Shown in pieces: positions 13,407 to 20,000 of a DNA stretch of 20,000 nt (its first letter is position 1; each line of letters starts with the position of its first letter). Source of the stretch: an uncultured virus (IMG/VR IMGVR_UViG_3300035698_005334) (taxonomy: Duplodnaviria > Heunggongvirae > Uroviricota > Caudoviricetes); IMG/VR virus record IMGVR_UViG_3300035698_005334. One strand, written 5' to 3'. The notes beneath the pieces are model-generated. The model saw only the letters and a list, made by a program, of their open reading frames with translations. It was not told where the DNA came from and did not search any database. The translations under genes were made by a program, and so were the position numbers.

Positions 13407-13955
13407 CTACATTCCTCTTACAAAGAAGCTCCCGGCTTTGGTGAAGCCGTGCTTGGTAAAGAATTTGTCTTTGCGGTCCACGTCTTTTCCGTAGAACACG
13501 CCCATTCGAAGGACCGCGCCAGGGTAGACCTCGTCGATGGCAGTCTTTAGGGACGAGATCAATTCGACCGGGGCTCGCGTGTTGCGGCGAAACTTGGATC
13601 GAACGTAGTACCAGAGATCCCCGAAGTGCTTGTCGTCGCCCCACCAATCAGGGTGCGCCTCGATGGCGACAGATCCGATAAGCTCTTTGGTCTCTTCGTC
13701 CTCGGCAATCAGAACGTACCCGTTCGTGATGCACGAGATAATCCGTGACATCGTCTTATTCGGGTTGATCTTCGACATCATGAGCGGCGTTTCTTCGTGC
13801 ATCTCATAGAGCATGACGAGGATCGCGCTCGCGTCGAACTGGATGGCGGGCCGGATCGTTAATTTGATCGGCTCCGCCTTGGGCGCGGGTTCCGGCTCCC
13901 GCCTGTTCTGGACAGGCAACCTTTTAATGGGTGCCGCCAATGCTGCTTCAGCCAT
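13407..13955 (-). CDS. GNAT acetyltransferase-fold protein (virion assembly factor), 182 aa
   Basis: IRPA...D, VLIAE...LIGSV, WYYVRSKFR, KFFTKHGF match the GNAT pattern. AAAGGA RBS upstream. The position is comparable to assembly genes just upstream of ejection genes in other podoviruses. Confidence 0.78.
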   Translation of the reverse strand: MAEAALAAPIKRLPVQNRREPEPAPKAEPIKLTIRPAIQFDASAILVMLYEMHEETPLMMSKINPNKTMSRIISCITNGYVLIAEDEETKELIGSVAIEAHPDWWGDDKHFGDLWYYVRSKFRRNTRAPVELISSLKTAIDEVYPGAVLRMGVFYGKDVDRKDKFFTKHGFTKAGSFFVRGM

Positions 13956-13986
13956 TTAAACGTCCTTTAATATTTGTTTGATCGCG

Positions 13987-14745
13987 CTACCAGGCGTCAC
14001 TGGGGTCACCCGCTCCGGGGCCACCGCCGCCGCTACCACCAGTATCGTCATCCCCACTTCCTGAACCGTTTCCACCGACACCGGGCGCACCGGGCTCGGC
14101 GGCGTCAGGCGCATCGGGTGCATCGGCACCAATATCGGCAGGGTCAGAGTTCGCGGTTCCCTGAGCTGCTGCCGCCGCTGCCGCCGATGCTGCGGCATCA
14201 ACGTCCGCACCAACGTCTTCGGCGGTTGATGTGGTGCCTACATCCGGACCCTCAGAGTTGGCCTCATGGTCCTGCTCATTGGAGAACAGAGACTGAATGC
14301 CCATTATGGCCCTTGCGATAGTGAACGGGACCGACAGGATATTGAGGGCCGGAATAGCTAGTGAGAGAAAGGTAAGGCCCGTCGATATTTCTGACAGTGA
14401 AAGGTTCCCCGTAAATCCGTTCTCCTCGTCGTCGGGCGTTGCGTCGGGATCCCCGTCCAATAGAGTATCTTGGAAAGGGTTTTGGTCAGACTGCGACGGC
14501 GGTGCCGTAAGCGCCCCACCCCCAGCCTGCGGACCTCCTTCTCCTTCAGGGAGATCGGGGAAGGCCAATCCGGACGAATTAAAGAAGCGGTGCCCACCGA
14601 GACCGCCCTCTTGGCCGAACGTGCGACCGGCTCCGGTGGGAAGAGGGGTAAGCGTTCTCGCGTACTCGCTGCCAACGGCATTGTTGGAGGATCCAGAGCC
14701 AGAAAGTGCGCCGGTTTCGTCTGAGAACGGATCTACATAAGACAT
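13987..14745 (-). CDS. Gly/Asp/Ala-rich protein with one central hydrophobic segment (about 252 aa; alternative start 14766)
   Basis: Fills the gap between its neighbours. ATG at 14745 is 1 nt after the upstream TAG. Hydrophobic stretch ISTGLTFLSLAIPALNILSVPFTIARAIMGI and an acidic disordered tail. Confidence 0.75.
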   Translation of the reverse strand: MSYVDPFSDETGALSGSGSSNNAVGSEYARTLTPLPTGAGRTFGQEGGLGGHRFFNSSGLAFPDLPEGEGGPQAGGGALTAPPSQSDQNPFQDTLLDGDPDATPDDEENGFTGNLSLSEISTGLTFLSLAIPALNILSVPFTIARAIMGIQSLFSNEQDHEANSEGPDVGTTSTAEDVGADVDAAASAAAAAAAQGTANSDPADIGADAPDAPDAAEPGAPGVGGNGSGSGDDDTGGSGGGGPGAGDPSDAW

Positions 14746-14746
14746 A

Positions 14747-15004
14747 CTATTTCCCCAAAACCCCACAGGTTTTCATGTCGGTGATTAGTGTACCAAGAAC
14801 ATCGGCGATTTCCGCAAGAGTAGTGCTATCGGCGTCGAACGTCTTTGTCTTTGTGACGTTCGTAGGAGCCGCCCAGCCCGTCGAATATGGCTGACCCATC
14901 CTAGTCTGCATGGATACGAGCGCTCTCGTGAGATCCCTAGCCCAGTGCGAACTATATTCGTCTTGGGATTCGGGAAGCCGGATAGAGGAATTATTTAGGC
15001 TCAT
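14747..15004 (-). CDS. Small tail-associated hypothetical protein, 85 aa
   Basis: ATGA overlap with the nozzle gene stop; protein-like sequence (RLP...EYS..W..DL.R; DVLGTLITDMK). Confidence 0.75.
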   Translation of the reverse strand: MSLNNSSIRLPESQDEYSSHWARDLTRALVSMQTRMGQPYSTGWAAPTNVTKTKTFDADSTTLAEIADVLGTLITDMKTCGVLGK

Positions 15005-16758
15005 TCTTCACCATCCGGTTCGATATCTGCGATCGGGCGTCCAAAGCGCCAGTAAACCCCCGAAACATCACCATCAAGCCTCACAGCGACCCGGCGACCT
15101 CTAACCCGGGGCCGGATATTCGTGGTGCTCGCCTGGACGTTGAACGGGCCATAGGAGACCTGGGTACTTCCCGGCGTCATGCGGGACTTGAACGTAATAT
15201 CAACCGGACCTCCAACAAAGTCAGGGATAAGGCGATTCATGAAAGCGACCTGCTTCCCGTTCGAGATATCGATATCGCCGGACTCGATAAACTCACCAAG
15301 CGCCGCGCCGTCTTCGTCGGTGTGGTCTGACAGTTCATGCTCATAGATCTCGCCGCTGGCGTCTGTCGCCAATGGGGCTGAGAAAACATCGCTATCGATA
15401 TAGGACGTTCTGTCGAGATCCCCGAAATCCCAGGCGTTGTCTTTCCAATTGTATTTGACGTACTTGTCGTTCTCTCCCCCGCCGTCCGCGCTCGGGTAAA
15501 ACCACCATATCTCTTGCCGGGTCTCGAACATTCCGGTCGTAACCTTATCCTTCTGCGCTCTATCGATATCGTCGAAGACGTGTCGAAGCATCGAGCACGC
15601 CATGTCCTTGATAGTGCCGTCGTAAAGCTGGAACGTTCCGTTCGCCATCCAGAAGGCCACGCCGTTACGTTCGACGGGAGCCGCGATACCGAACGCGCCG
15701 TTCGAATCGCCGATGGTCGAGAGATCGAAAGTGAAGTCGCCCCCAACGAACCGCAGAGAGTGAACGCTGACGTCTGTCCAAATGATGATCTCGGTTTTCG
15801 TTACCAAAGCGGTAACGATTTTGGAGCCCGATAGGAGTTGTCGTTCCCCCGCAGTCGTCGATGCGGACTGGGTCCAGTTTGTGTAATCCCCCTGATCGCA
15901 CCATTGGATCTTCGAGGGATCCCCACCAGCACCCAAAGCGATGACGTGGCGATCATCCGGCGACAGAATGAATAGTTCCGCCGTCGGTGCGGCCGACACC
16001 ACCGCTGCCGGTGTGCCGATACCAACCGACGCATCCCACACGTAGAGACCATAACCGCGCGGCGAGGCAAGGAGATCCTCCCCGAAATTCATCATGCTCC
16101 AAATCCTGAGATCAAGCGTCGTATTGGAGGCCGTTCGCGCGGTATTCCATGTCGAATCGTTCCAACTACCCGCGCCAAACCCAAACGAGAAGGTCGAGGA
16201 GTCTACGCCGATGCTGAGTTGATACGAATACGTCACGGATGCGCCGCCACCAGATGTCGAGGAGTCCGCGGTGGTCGTGTACGTGATGACGTAATTGTCG
16301 TCATCGGTGATTGAGGTAACGATGTATTCGCCGTCGACGGTGACGTTATCGACCGCCGCCGCACCCCCGAAGGTCGCGCTGTCCCCTGCTTGCAGTCCGT
16401 GCGCCGTGTCGGCAATGGACACGAGGGCTGACCCGCTGGTGATGGTTATTGGATTGCTGCCCAGAGTGCCCGAATCTCGAACCGGCGTGATGTCCGTCGC
16501 TGTCGACCCCTGGACGGTGTAGAGCTTCGTGCTCGTTCCAACCGCGACGTTCTTGGTCCCGTCGATCTCCGACCAAGAGTGCATCGATCTCGGAACCCCG
16601 AGAACGGGAGACGCTAAAAGCTTCTGCCAACCACCGATGGGCTCGGGTAAGCCGTCGCGGAATCGGATCCGGTTTGACGATAGCCACTTTCCCTCGGCCC
16701 CGTATGGAGTCAGATCAGGGTAAACGCCGGGAGGGATTTCGACGGGGAAAAATGGCAT
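15001..16758 (-). CDS. Tail tubular protein B / nozzle (P22 gp10-like stabilisation protein), 585 aa
   Basis: Beta-rich. N-terminal PGV...W....RIRFRDGLPEPIGGW, IQWCDQGDYTNW, EIWWFYPS...NDKYVKYN and C-terminal RVRGRRVAVR...WRFG..ADIEPDG are typical of podoviral nozzle proteins. Confidence 0.8.
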   Translation of the reverse strand: MPFFPVEIPPGVYPDLTPYGAEGKWLSSNRIRFRDGLPEPIGGWQKLLASPVLGVPRSMHSWSEIDGTKNVAVGTSTKLYTVQGSTATDITPVRDSGTLGSNPITITSGSALVSIADTAHGLQAGDSATFGGAAAVDNVTVDGEYIVTSITDDDNYVITYTTTADSSTSGGGASVTYSYQLSIGVDSSTFSFGFGAGSWNDSTWNTARTASNTTLDLRIWSMMNFGEDLLASPRGYGLYVWDASVGIGTPAAVVSAAPTAELFILSPDDRHVIALGAGGDPSKIQWCDQGDYTNWTQSASTTAGERQLLSGSKIVTALVTKTEIIIWTDVSVHSLRFVGGDFTFDLSTIGDSNGAFGIAAPVERNGVAFWMANGTFQLYDGTIKDMACSMLRHVFDDIDRAQKDKVTTGMFETRQEIWWFYPSADGGGENDKYVKYNWKDNAWDFGDLDRTSYIDSDVFSAPLATDASGEIYEHELSDHTDEDGAALGEFIESGDIDISNGKQVAFMNRLIPDFVGGPVDITFKSRMTPGSTQVSYGPFNVQASTTNIRPRVRGRRVAVRLDGDVSGVYWRFGRPIADIEPDGEE

Positions 16759-16789
16759 TACAGCCGATGCACCATTGGGAACAAGATTT

Positions 16790-16924
16790 TCATAGTTGAA
16801 CGCCTTTGGTTATAATATTCCGTGCTACGCGATGATGGTCCCTGAACTGGCAGTGCAGATTGTTCCCAACCCCGAAAAGTCCCTTGAAAGTCGCTCGCAA
16901 TTTCCTGTGAATCCTATTCCACAT
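16790..16924 (-). CDS. Possible small 44-aa basic protein
   Basis: Its ATG overlaps the stop of the 89-aa gene (TAATG): MWNRIHRKLRATFKGLFGVGNNLHCQFRDHHRVARNIITKGVQL. It fills most of the gap before the nozzle gene. Confidence 0.5.
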   Translation of the reverse strand: MWNRIHRKLRATFKGLFGVGNNLHCQFRDHHRVARNIITKGVQL

Positions 16925-17193
16925 TAATCTGCTGGGGACGCTGATTTGATGTTGCGGGACACCGCATTGTTCAGCAAGACTAACTGGTCTCGGTTGTCGT
17001 TTGCTTGCGCGAGGATTGCATCGGTTCGCAGGGACATCACCTCTAATGCTACCGCGCTGTCCTTGATTACCTCCGCAAAACGGTCCTCCCGTGCGTTCGA
17101 TCTCTGCATACAGCGCCATAGCAAGTACCCCACGATCGCGGCGATTGGACCACCACCGACTTTTATAATCTGGTTAAAGAGTTCTTCTGTCAT
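16924..17193 (-). CDS. Small single-TM protein with coiled-coil tail, holin-like
   Basis: 89 aa; N-terminal hydrophobic helix IIKVGGGPIAAIVGYLLW followed by basic residues and a heptad-like region; downstream of the fibre genes. The holin role is inference. Confidence 0.55.
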   Translation of the reverse strand: MTEELFNQIIKVGGGPIAAIVGYLLWRCMQRSNAREDRFAEVIKDSAVALEVMSLRTDAILAQANDNRDQLVLLNNAVSRNIKSASPAD

Positions 17194-17199
17194 CAGACG

Positions 17200-17574
17200 T
17201 CAGCCATTCAGTCTGTCGAGTAAGGTTTTGAACTCCGGCGTCACTGCGGTTCCCCGTGCGGCCAACTCTTTGATGATGACGATATGGATTCTGTTGGTGC
17301 TGGCCTTCAACTTTCCCTCGTCTTTCCCGTCGCGACGATCCCCCAACTCTTTCGACGATAGCGCCACCTTCGTCCGAGTGTCACGGACTAGAGAACCCTC
17401 CAGTACGGTGTCGCTCACCAGTCGATGCGTGTCGGCATTGTATTTGGGGTTAGGGTCTATCGTGACAGGGAACCACACCATTTTCTTGTTGGCGTGCAGG
17501 ACGGGAGGCGAATCTTTGAACTGGCTCCGCTTGCCTGTCAGCGCTCCGTCCGTGACGAGTTCGTAAGTCCCCAT
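17200..17574 (-). CDS. Hypothetical 124-aa protein, possibly a tail-fibre assembly chaperone
   Basis: TAATG coupling to the upstream gene. The W.PV....PKYNADTHRL pattern and C-terminal helix recall small fibre-associated proteins. Confidence 0.6.
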   Translation of the reverse strand: MGTYELVTDGALTGKRSQFKDSPPVLHANKKMVWFPVTIDPNPKYNADTHRLVSDTVLEGSLVRDTRTKVALSSKELGDRRDGKDEGKLKASTNRIHIVIIKELAARGTAVTPEFKTLLDRLNG

Positions 17575-18098
17575 TATATTGCCCCTTGTGCGATTTTAAA
17601 CTCTGCCTTGAAGAAGTCGTTCGACAACAGCGCGTCATCGATAAAATATATCTGATAGTACAGGTACCCTCGCGCGTCGAGATTGATCCCCGATACCACC
17701 TTATCTACTGAGGAACCCGTCGTGAAACTTGCAGAAACATCGACATAATCGACGTCATTATTGGAGGCTCTGACCTTATAATTTCCTGCCCCTAAGCCTG
17801 AATTTCCGCTCCCCCCGAAGGTAAACCGAAACAAAAATTCATCGATATATTTTGGCTCTTGGAACTCGAATGTGATGTCTTCGTCGGAAACAAGAGAAAT
17901 GTTAAAATCAAAATTGTAATCTCCAGCCCCAGGCGCACCGCCCTCGACAATCAGGCCCGGTGTGCCTTGATCGTTGAGCGTCATGCTCTGCGTCACCGTA
18001 ATGATGGACGTGCGATCGCCCTGCCCGCCATCGTTTGTATAGGCGGTTACCGGCACAAATACCCCACCGCCGGTTAGCATGATTTGGCCGGTACTCAT
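17574..18098 (-). CDS. 174-aa beta-sandwich protein (discoidin/F5-8 galactose-binding-like), candidate receptor-binding subunit
   Basis: ITFEFQEPKYIDEF...NYKVRASNNDVDYVDV...YLYYQIYF pattern; TAATG coupling to the fibre gene; lower GC than neighbours. Confidence 0.62.
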   Translation of the reverse strand: MSTGQIMLTGGGVFVPVTAYTNDGGQGDRTSIITVTQSMTLNDQGTPGLIVEGGAPGAGDYNFDFNISLVSDEDITFEFQEPKYIDEFLFRFTFGGSGNSGLGAGNYKVRASNNDVDYVDVSASFTTGSSVDKVVSGINLDARGYLYYQIYFIDDALLSNDFFKAEFKIAQGAI

Positions 18099-19408
18099 TA
18101 GGCGTCGTTTCCGGCGTCGGTCGTATAGGCCAGACGGACCCCGATCAACCGCCCGCCCTGCGTCATGTCGTCGTTAGTGGCGGACACATCGCGGAACACT
18201 CTGAAGAAGATCATATTGTCATCCAGGGGCGTCCCTTGCACGGTCATAGCTGGGGTGAAATCGGATACTAAGATTTCTTGCGTGGCTCCCTGAGCATCAT
18301 CATCTATGACCTGCGGCGCACTCCACGCCGTATCAATAGAGACATTATCCCCCATGGCGATCGCCTGTATGCCCCACGTCAAACCGGTAGATACGGCGGC
18401 GCTAACGGTCCAAAAGAACTGCGCTGTTATGGTGCCTTTGTCCCAACTATCCGGCATAGCCATCTGGAATTGCGCGTGGTCGTCGTCGTCGGCAGCAAAA
18501 TCTAGTACCTGAAGATCGGGGCTCCCTGCCGTCGTCTCGATCTTCGTCAGAACTGAGCAGCCCGCAGTCGTCGTTGGGATCATTGCTGCGGCTGGGATAA
18601 AGAGATGCTTTGAACCCTGGATATCAATCCCGGTTAAGGCCGAGCCTACACCTGTCGGAAGCAGTCCAACTAGAGCCGCGCCCGAGGCCCTGGTGAAATA
18701 GAGACATACCCAAGTCCCTGCTCCATATTCAAAGAACCCGGCAACATCTCCCGCTGCGGTATCGATATTCGCGGCTGTTGGAAGGATAAGATTGGTATCG
18801 TGATGGGTGAGCCTTAATATCCCGTCGAACTGACACGTCATAAAGCCCTTGCCGCCAATGGTAGCCATCGACGTCACCGTCACGTTCCCCGTTATGTCGA
18901 CGAAGTTTCCGTCGGTTAGGAACGCGAGACCCGCAGCGGACGCAACGTCCGCCCCCTTACTCTCAAGGATGGAGTGAGAGTTGGTATCGAGGGGGGACGA
19001 GAGTTTGTCGGAAACCACATTCTCGACATCCGTACCGTTGCAGTAAACAATCGTAGTGCCGCCCTGGGGAACCACCACTCCCGTCTGCCCACTGACCTTG
19101 ATCGTGAGCGAGAAGGCACCGGCCGTACCGTTCTTGACGATAAAAACCTTTGTTCTGGCGGGGACGATGATCGCCACATTGTCTGTTAGAGTCCCCGTGC
19201 AAGACAACACCATCTTACGGGCTTGGTTGATCGCGTACTGGGTGTCGGTCAGCGTGATGTCTACGGACGTGAACGCCAGAGCCTCTTCCCCGGAAATCGC
19301 CTCCTCCAGACGGTTCAGGTTGTTTGTGGTTCGCGTACCCCACTGTCCATCCTGCTCGCCTGTGCCCATCTCTTCCAGTTTGAGAAGTGCTGATGCGTTT
19401 GATGCCAT
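18098..19408 (-). CDS. Tail fibre / tail appendage protein, 436 aa
   Basis: N-terminal MAS..S.LLKLE...TGEQ.G.WG..T.NNL..LEEAISG resembles podoviral fibre anchors. A GADVASA...DGNFVDITG beta module and a C-terminal jelly-roll-like module (AQFQMAMPDSWDKGTITAQFFW) follow. AAGGGA RBS upstream. Confidence 0.78.
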   Translation of the reverse strand: MASNASALLKLEEMGTGEQDGQWGTRTTNNLNRLEEAISGEEALAFTSVDITLTDTQYAINQARKMVLSCTGTLTDNVAIIVPARTKVFIVKNGTAGAFSLTIKVSGQTGVVVPQGGTTIVYCNGTDVENVVSDKLSSPLDTNSHSILESKGADVASAAGLAFLTDGNFVDITGNVTVTSMATIGGKGFMTCQFDGILRLTHHDTNLILPTAANIDTAAGDVAGFFEYGAGTWVCLYFTRASGAALVGLLPTGVGSALTGIDIQGSKHLFIPAAAMIPTTTAGCSVLTKIETTAGSPDLQVLDFAADDDDHAQFQMAMPDSWDKGTITAQFFWTVSAAVSTGLTWGIQAIAMGDNVSIDTAWSAPQVIDDDAQGATQEILVSDFTPAMTVQGTPLDDNMIFFRVFRDVSATNDDMTQGGRLIGVRLAYTTDAGNDA

Positions 19409-19422
19409 AATTTATTCCCTTA

Positions 19423-20000
19423 TCAGCAGACGTCTGTGTAAGTGTTGGAGGTCGTCGTATCGACGGATGAGTACGAGTCCGCTCCCGGTAGTGTGACGTC
19501 GGTCCACGATATCGAGGAAGCGATGAAGGTTCCGATAGAGAACGTGGCCTCGACGCCTGTAAAAACTGCGAATTGAGACGCCTGTCCCGTCGACTGCTGC
19601 GACACGGACGGGAGCGTCTGGGCAATCGTGCCCGTGAACTCCTCCGACGCCGTCGCAGCTTGCGACAATGAGGGAAGAGTCTGGGCTATCGATCCAGTGA
19701 AGGTCAGATCACCAGCAACGGCTTGGGTCAGCGATGGTAGCGCCTGGGCAACCGACCCGGAGACACCCGGTACAGTGCTATCACCAGCAACGGCCTGGGA
19801 TATAGACGGAAGCGTCTGGGCGATCGAGCCCGATACAGCCTGGGCGGAGACGCCCGCTGCGGCTTGAGATAGTGACGGGAGCGTCTGGGCAATCGTGCCC
19901 GTGAACTCCTCCGACGCCGTCGCAGATTGCGACAGTGAGGGAAGAGTCTGAGAAATTGAGCCTGAAACGCCAGCAAGACCCGCAAAGAATATCGCGACAC
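19423..20000 (-). CDS. 3' part of a Ser/Thr/Ala-rich repeat-containing structural protein (start outside the window)
   Basis: The frame of the 19423..19668 track ORF is open up to 19998 (VAIFFAGLAGVSGSISQTLPSLSQSATASEEFTGTIAQTLPSLSQ...) and ends TGA TAA just before the fibre gene RBS. Confidence 0.85.
   Translation of the reverse strand, partial: VAIFFAGLAGVSGSISQTLPSLSQSATASEEFTGTIAQTLPSLSQAAAGVSAQAVSGSIAQTLPSISQAVAGDSTVPGVSGSVAQALPSLTQAVAGDLTFTGSIAQTLPSLSQAATASEEFTGTIAQTLPSVSQQSTGQASQFAVFTGVEATFSIGTFIASSISWTDVTLPGADSYSSVDTTTSNTYTDVC
19590..19965 (-). repeat. Six tandem 21-24 aa coding repeats (G[ST][IV][AS]Q[TA]LPS[LIV][ST]Q), including a 77-bp direct repeat
   Basis: 19607-19683 and 19874-19950 are identical except for 2 mismatches (first 52 bp perfect); offset 267 bp (89 codons). 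Confidence 0.92.

Larger units (their letters stand above)
1..20000 (-). mobile_element. Tailed phage/prophage (podovirus-like) virion structure and DNA-ejection gene region; both ends lie outside the window
   Basis: All credible genes are on the minus strand with abutting or overlapping stop/start codons (TAATG at 18098, 17574, 16924; ATGA at 15001-15004). The order fibre, nozzle, GNAT-like, pilot, transglycosylase, giant protein is the usual short-tailed phage layout. No host housekeeping genes seen. Confidence 0.92.

Noticed and set aside
13956..14213. 85-aa minus ORF ending right before the GNAT gene
   Set aside because: Alternate frame of the Gly/Asp-rich gene with shadow-like composition and no evident RBS.
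16790..17119. 109-aa track ORF overlapping the holin-like gene (possible spanin-like nesting)
   Set aside because: No lipobox or signal peptide; only the 3' part from ATG 16924 looks credible.
19423..19668. 81-aa ORF as called in the track
   Set aside because: It is only the 3' end of a longer gene that is open to the window edge.
19607..19950. Direct repeats read as a CRISPR array or DGR template/variable repeat
   Set aside because: They are in-frame coding repeats with only two mismatches, and no reverse transcriptase or cas gene is present in the window.

Overview
The window is one densely packed minus-strand virion-morphogenesis operon of a podovirus-like tailed phage or prophage (about 60% GC by eye; gene order resembles alphaproteobacterial short-tailed phages). 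In transcription order: a repeat-containing structural protein (5' end cut off), a tail-fibre-like protein, two small fibre-associated proteins, a single-TM holin-like protein, a tail nozzle/stabilisation protein, a small tail protein, a Gly/Asp-rich TM protein, a GNAT-fold assembly protein, a pilot/DNA-transfer protein, a lytic-transglycosylase ejection protein and a giant ORF. The giant ORF starts at 10314 and stays open past base 1 (at least 3438 aa), so the ORF track misses it. It is a polyvalent DarB-like protein: Gly/Ala hydrophobic N-terminus, inorganic pyrophosphatase, acidic linkers, N6-adenine methyltransferase, SF2 helicase, HExxH metallopeptidase and a helical C-terminal region. 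The most unusual observation is that two acidic linkers look dual-coding. A 78-aa, RBS-bearing, TnpV-like ORF (7556..7320) lies out of frame just before the methyltransferase domain, and a 46-aa basic ORF with its own RBS (7955..7815) lies in the preceding linker. Family assignments come from motif recognition by eye; no searches were run.
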